Below are positions 62,665 to 64,000 of a stretch of DNA of 64,000 nt, in pieces. The notes beneath the pieces are model-generated. The model was given only the letters and a program-made list of their open reading frames with translations, had not been told where the DNA came from and did not search any database. The stretch's first letter is position 1. Each line of letters begins with the position of its first letter. Source of the stretch: Octopus sinensis (lineage: Eukaryota); assembly GCF_006345805.1 (NCBI RefSeq), contig NC_043004.1, positions 32,860,001-32,924,000 on the forward strand. The letters run 5' to 3'. Both the position numbers and the translations under genes were made by a program.

Positions 62665-64000
62665 AGGAGGAGACACGCGAAGTAGAGAGTCGTTGAGGAG
62701 GTGACAACATGTGTGACAAAAGATTTCAGACAAAGGGCACTGAAATAATAATAATAATAACGCTGAAATGGAGAACGAATGTTTATTTGGCAAAACAAAA
62801 AAACGACCATTCCGAAATCTAATATCTGTTTCAACACACGATGTGAACATCAGGAATTTTGGTAAAATTCATAAACGAAATGTTCTTTTTTATCGTCTGC
62901 TTTACTTTCGATCACGTACAAAACAAACAATTGATTAAATAATTAAATACATAAATAAAAATAAAATATCGAGTAGACTTGCCCAATTCGCACGTTTGCA
63001 AAATGTAATTTCAATTATGAGGAATGTCCAAGAAATAACTTGGCTTTCCAAAAAATAATCGAACTGTTTTCATTTCTCCACATCATCGTTAAAAGAGAAA
63101 AAGTTATTAAACTACCATTTTTGAATATAAAATAAGAAATTAATCATTTTTTAAAAAGTAAGCAAAAATACGAATCACCTGTCAAAAATTTCTCTCCAGG
63201 AAAAATTCATCCGTTAACTTTTGTTAAATAAGAAACGTTATCTGTCTGTCTTAAGGTATCTCCGTCTTCCCAACACACAAAATAAGCTAGACACACCAGT
63301 GCTATATATGTCCACATTAATTCTCTCCCTTTCCTCATCGCAGAAAGACAGTTGATTGATTAAATTCTTACAGCCATTTTGAAGAAATTCCTTTTACCAT
63401 TGAATGATTTATGATTTATGAAGAACAAAAGTAAGTAACGAGGCAGCGGCAGCAAATGTGGACATCTAAACTACATCAAAGACATGGGTGTTCTTTCTGA
63501 CAAGAGAATGCTGAGAAACAACGGAAACTCATCGGAGACCTCCAGAAGAACGAAGAGTATATATTTCGGCATGGAAGGTTCTTGGGCATAGAATTCCTTG
63601 GGAACTGTACCAGGAATATCATCATCATGTTCTAATACGAGAATGCTACTTAAAACAGATTATGTCAGCGAAATAATCAACGAGTAACACTTAATGTCGT
63701 CAGTTGCCATGATATAGAAGATTTTCGACTAGGTAAAACTGATATTTCTCGTCACACCTTTGGATCCACGTAAGTGAGTGGACATTGGAACGCTTCCATG
63801 TTTTCCAGTGAACAAACAAAAGACACAAAATAGACCTTCTTTTAGCTTACGCTGCAAATCAGGAATTGTACACTCTGCAAGTATTACTGATCTAATGATG
63901 TTTTGGGTTCAGAGAGTGAATCGACAGATTTCAGAAGAAAGAAAACAAAAACGAGAAACTCTTGGTAATGAGATTCTATAACCGAGTATTAGGGGTGGTT

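Noticed and set aside
63400-64000. Coding-like block at the window end
   Set aside because: Short broken frames without recognisable motifs; truncated by the window edge.

Overview
AT-rich, microsatellite- and SINE-dense eukaryotic genomic DNA. The SINE/MITE repertoire and composition resemble an octopus (coleoid cephalopod) genome; this is recognition from memory, not a database hit. None of the main gene's exons is recovered as such in the ORF track. I assembled by hand a 10-exon secreted GH18 chitinase on + (8554-50307, 1440 nt, 479 aa): signal peptide, GH18 domain with an intact [10 protein letters not shown] motif, acidic linker, and a 6-Cys CBM14 domain. All splice phases are consistent, and intron 2 is a non-canonical GC-AG intron. 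Downstream and convergent is a single-coding-exon LicD/FKRP-like type II membrane phosphotransferase on - (55824-56510). The introns and intergenic DNA hold about 30 tRNA-derived SINE copies, mariner/Tc1/hAT MITEs, long fold-back palindromes, Penelope-like termini, a Helitron-like element, an RTE-type LINE fragment and an 8-bp minisatellite with higher-order structure. The most notable unexplained items are: a complete type I hammerhead-ribozyme core antisense in chitinase intron 7; paired D->N and R->M active-site substitutions in the chitinase; two unrelated TIR elements carrying TTAGGG repeats; and a 283-bp hairpin 70 nt after a splice donor. There is a 100-N assembly gap at 6341-6440. Coordinates were counted by hand, and repeat boundaries are approximate.
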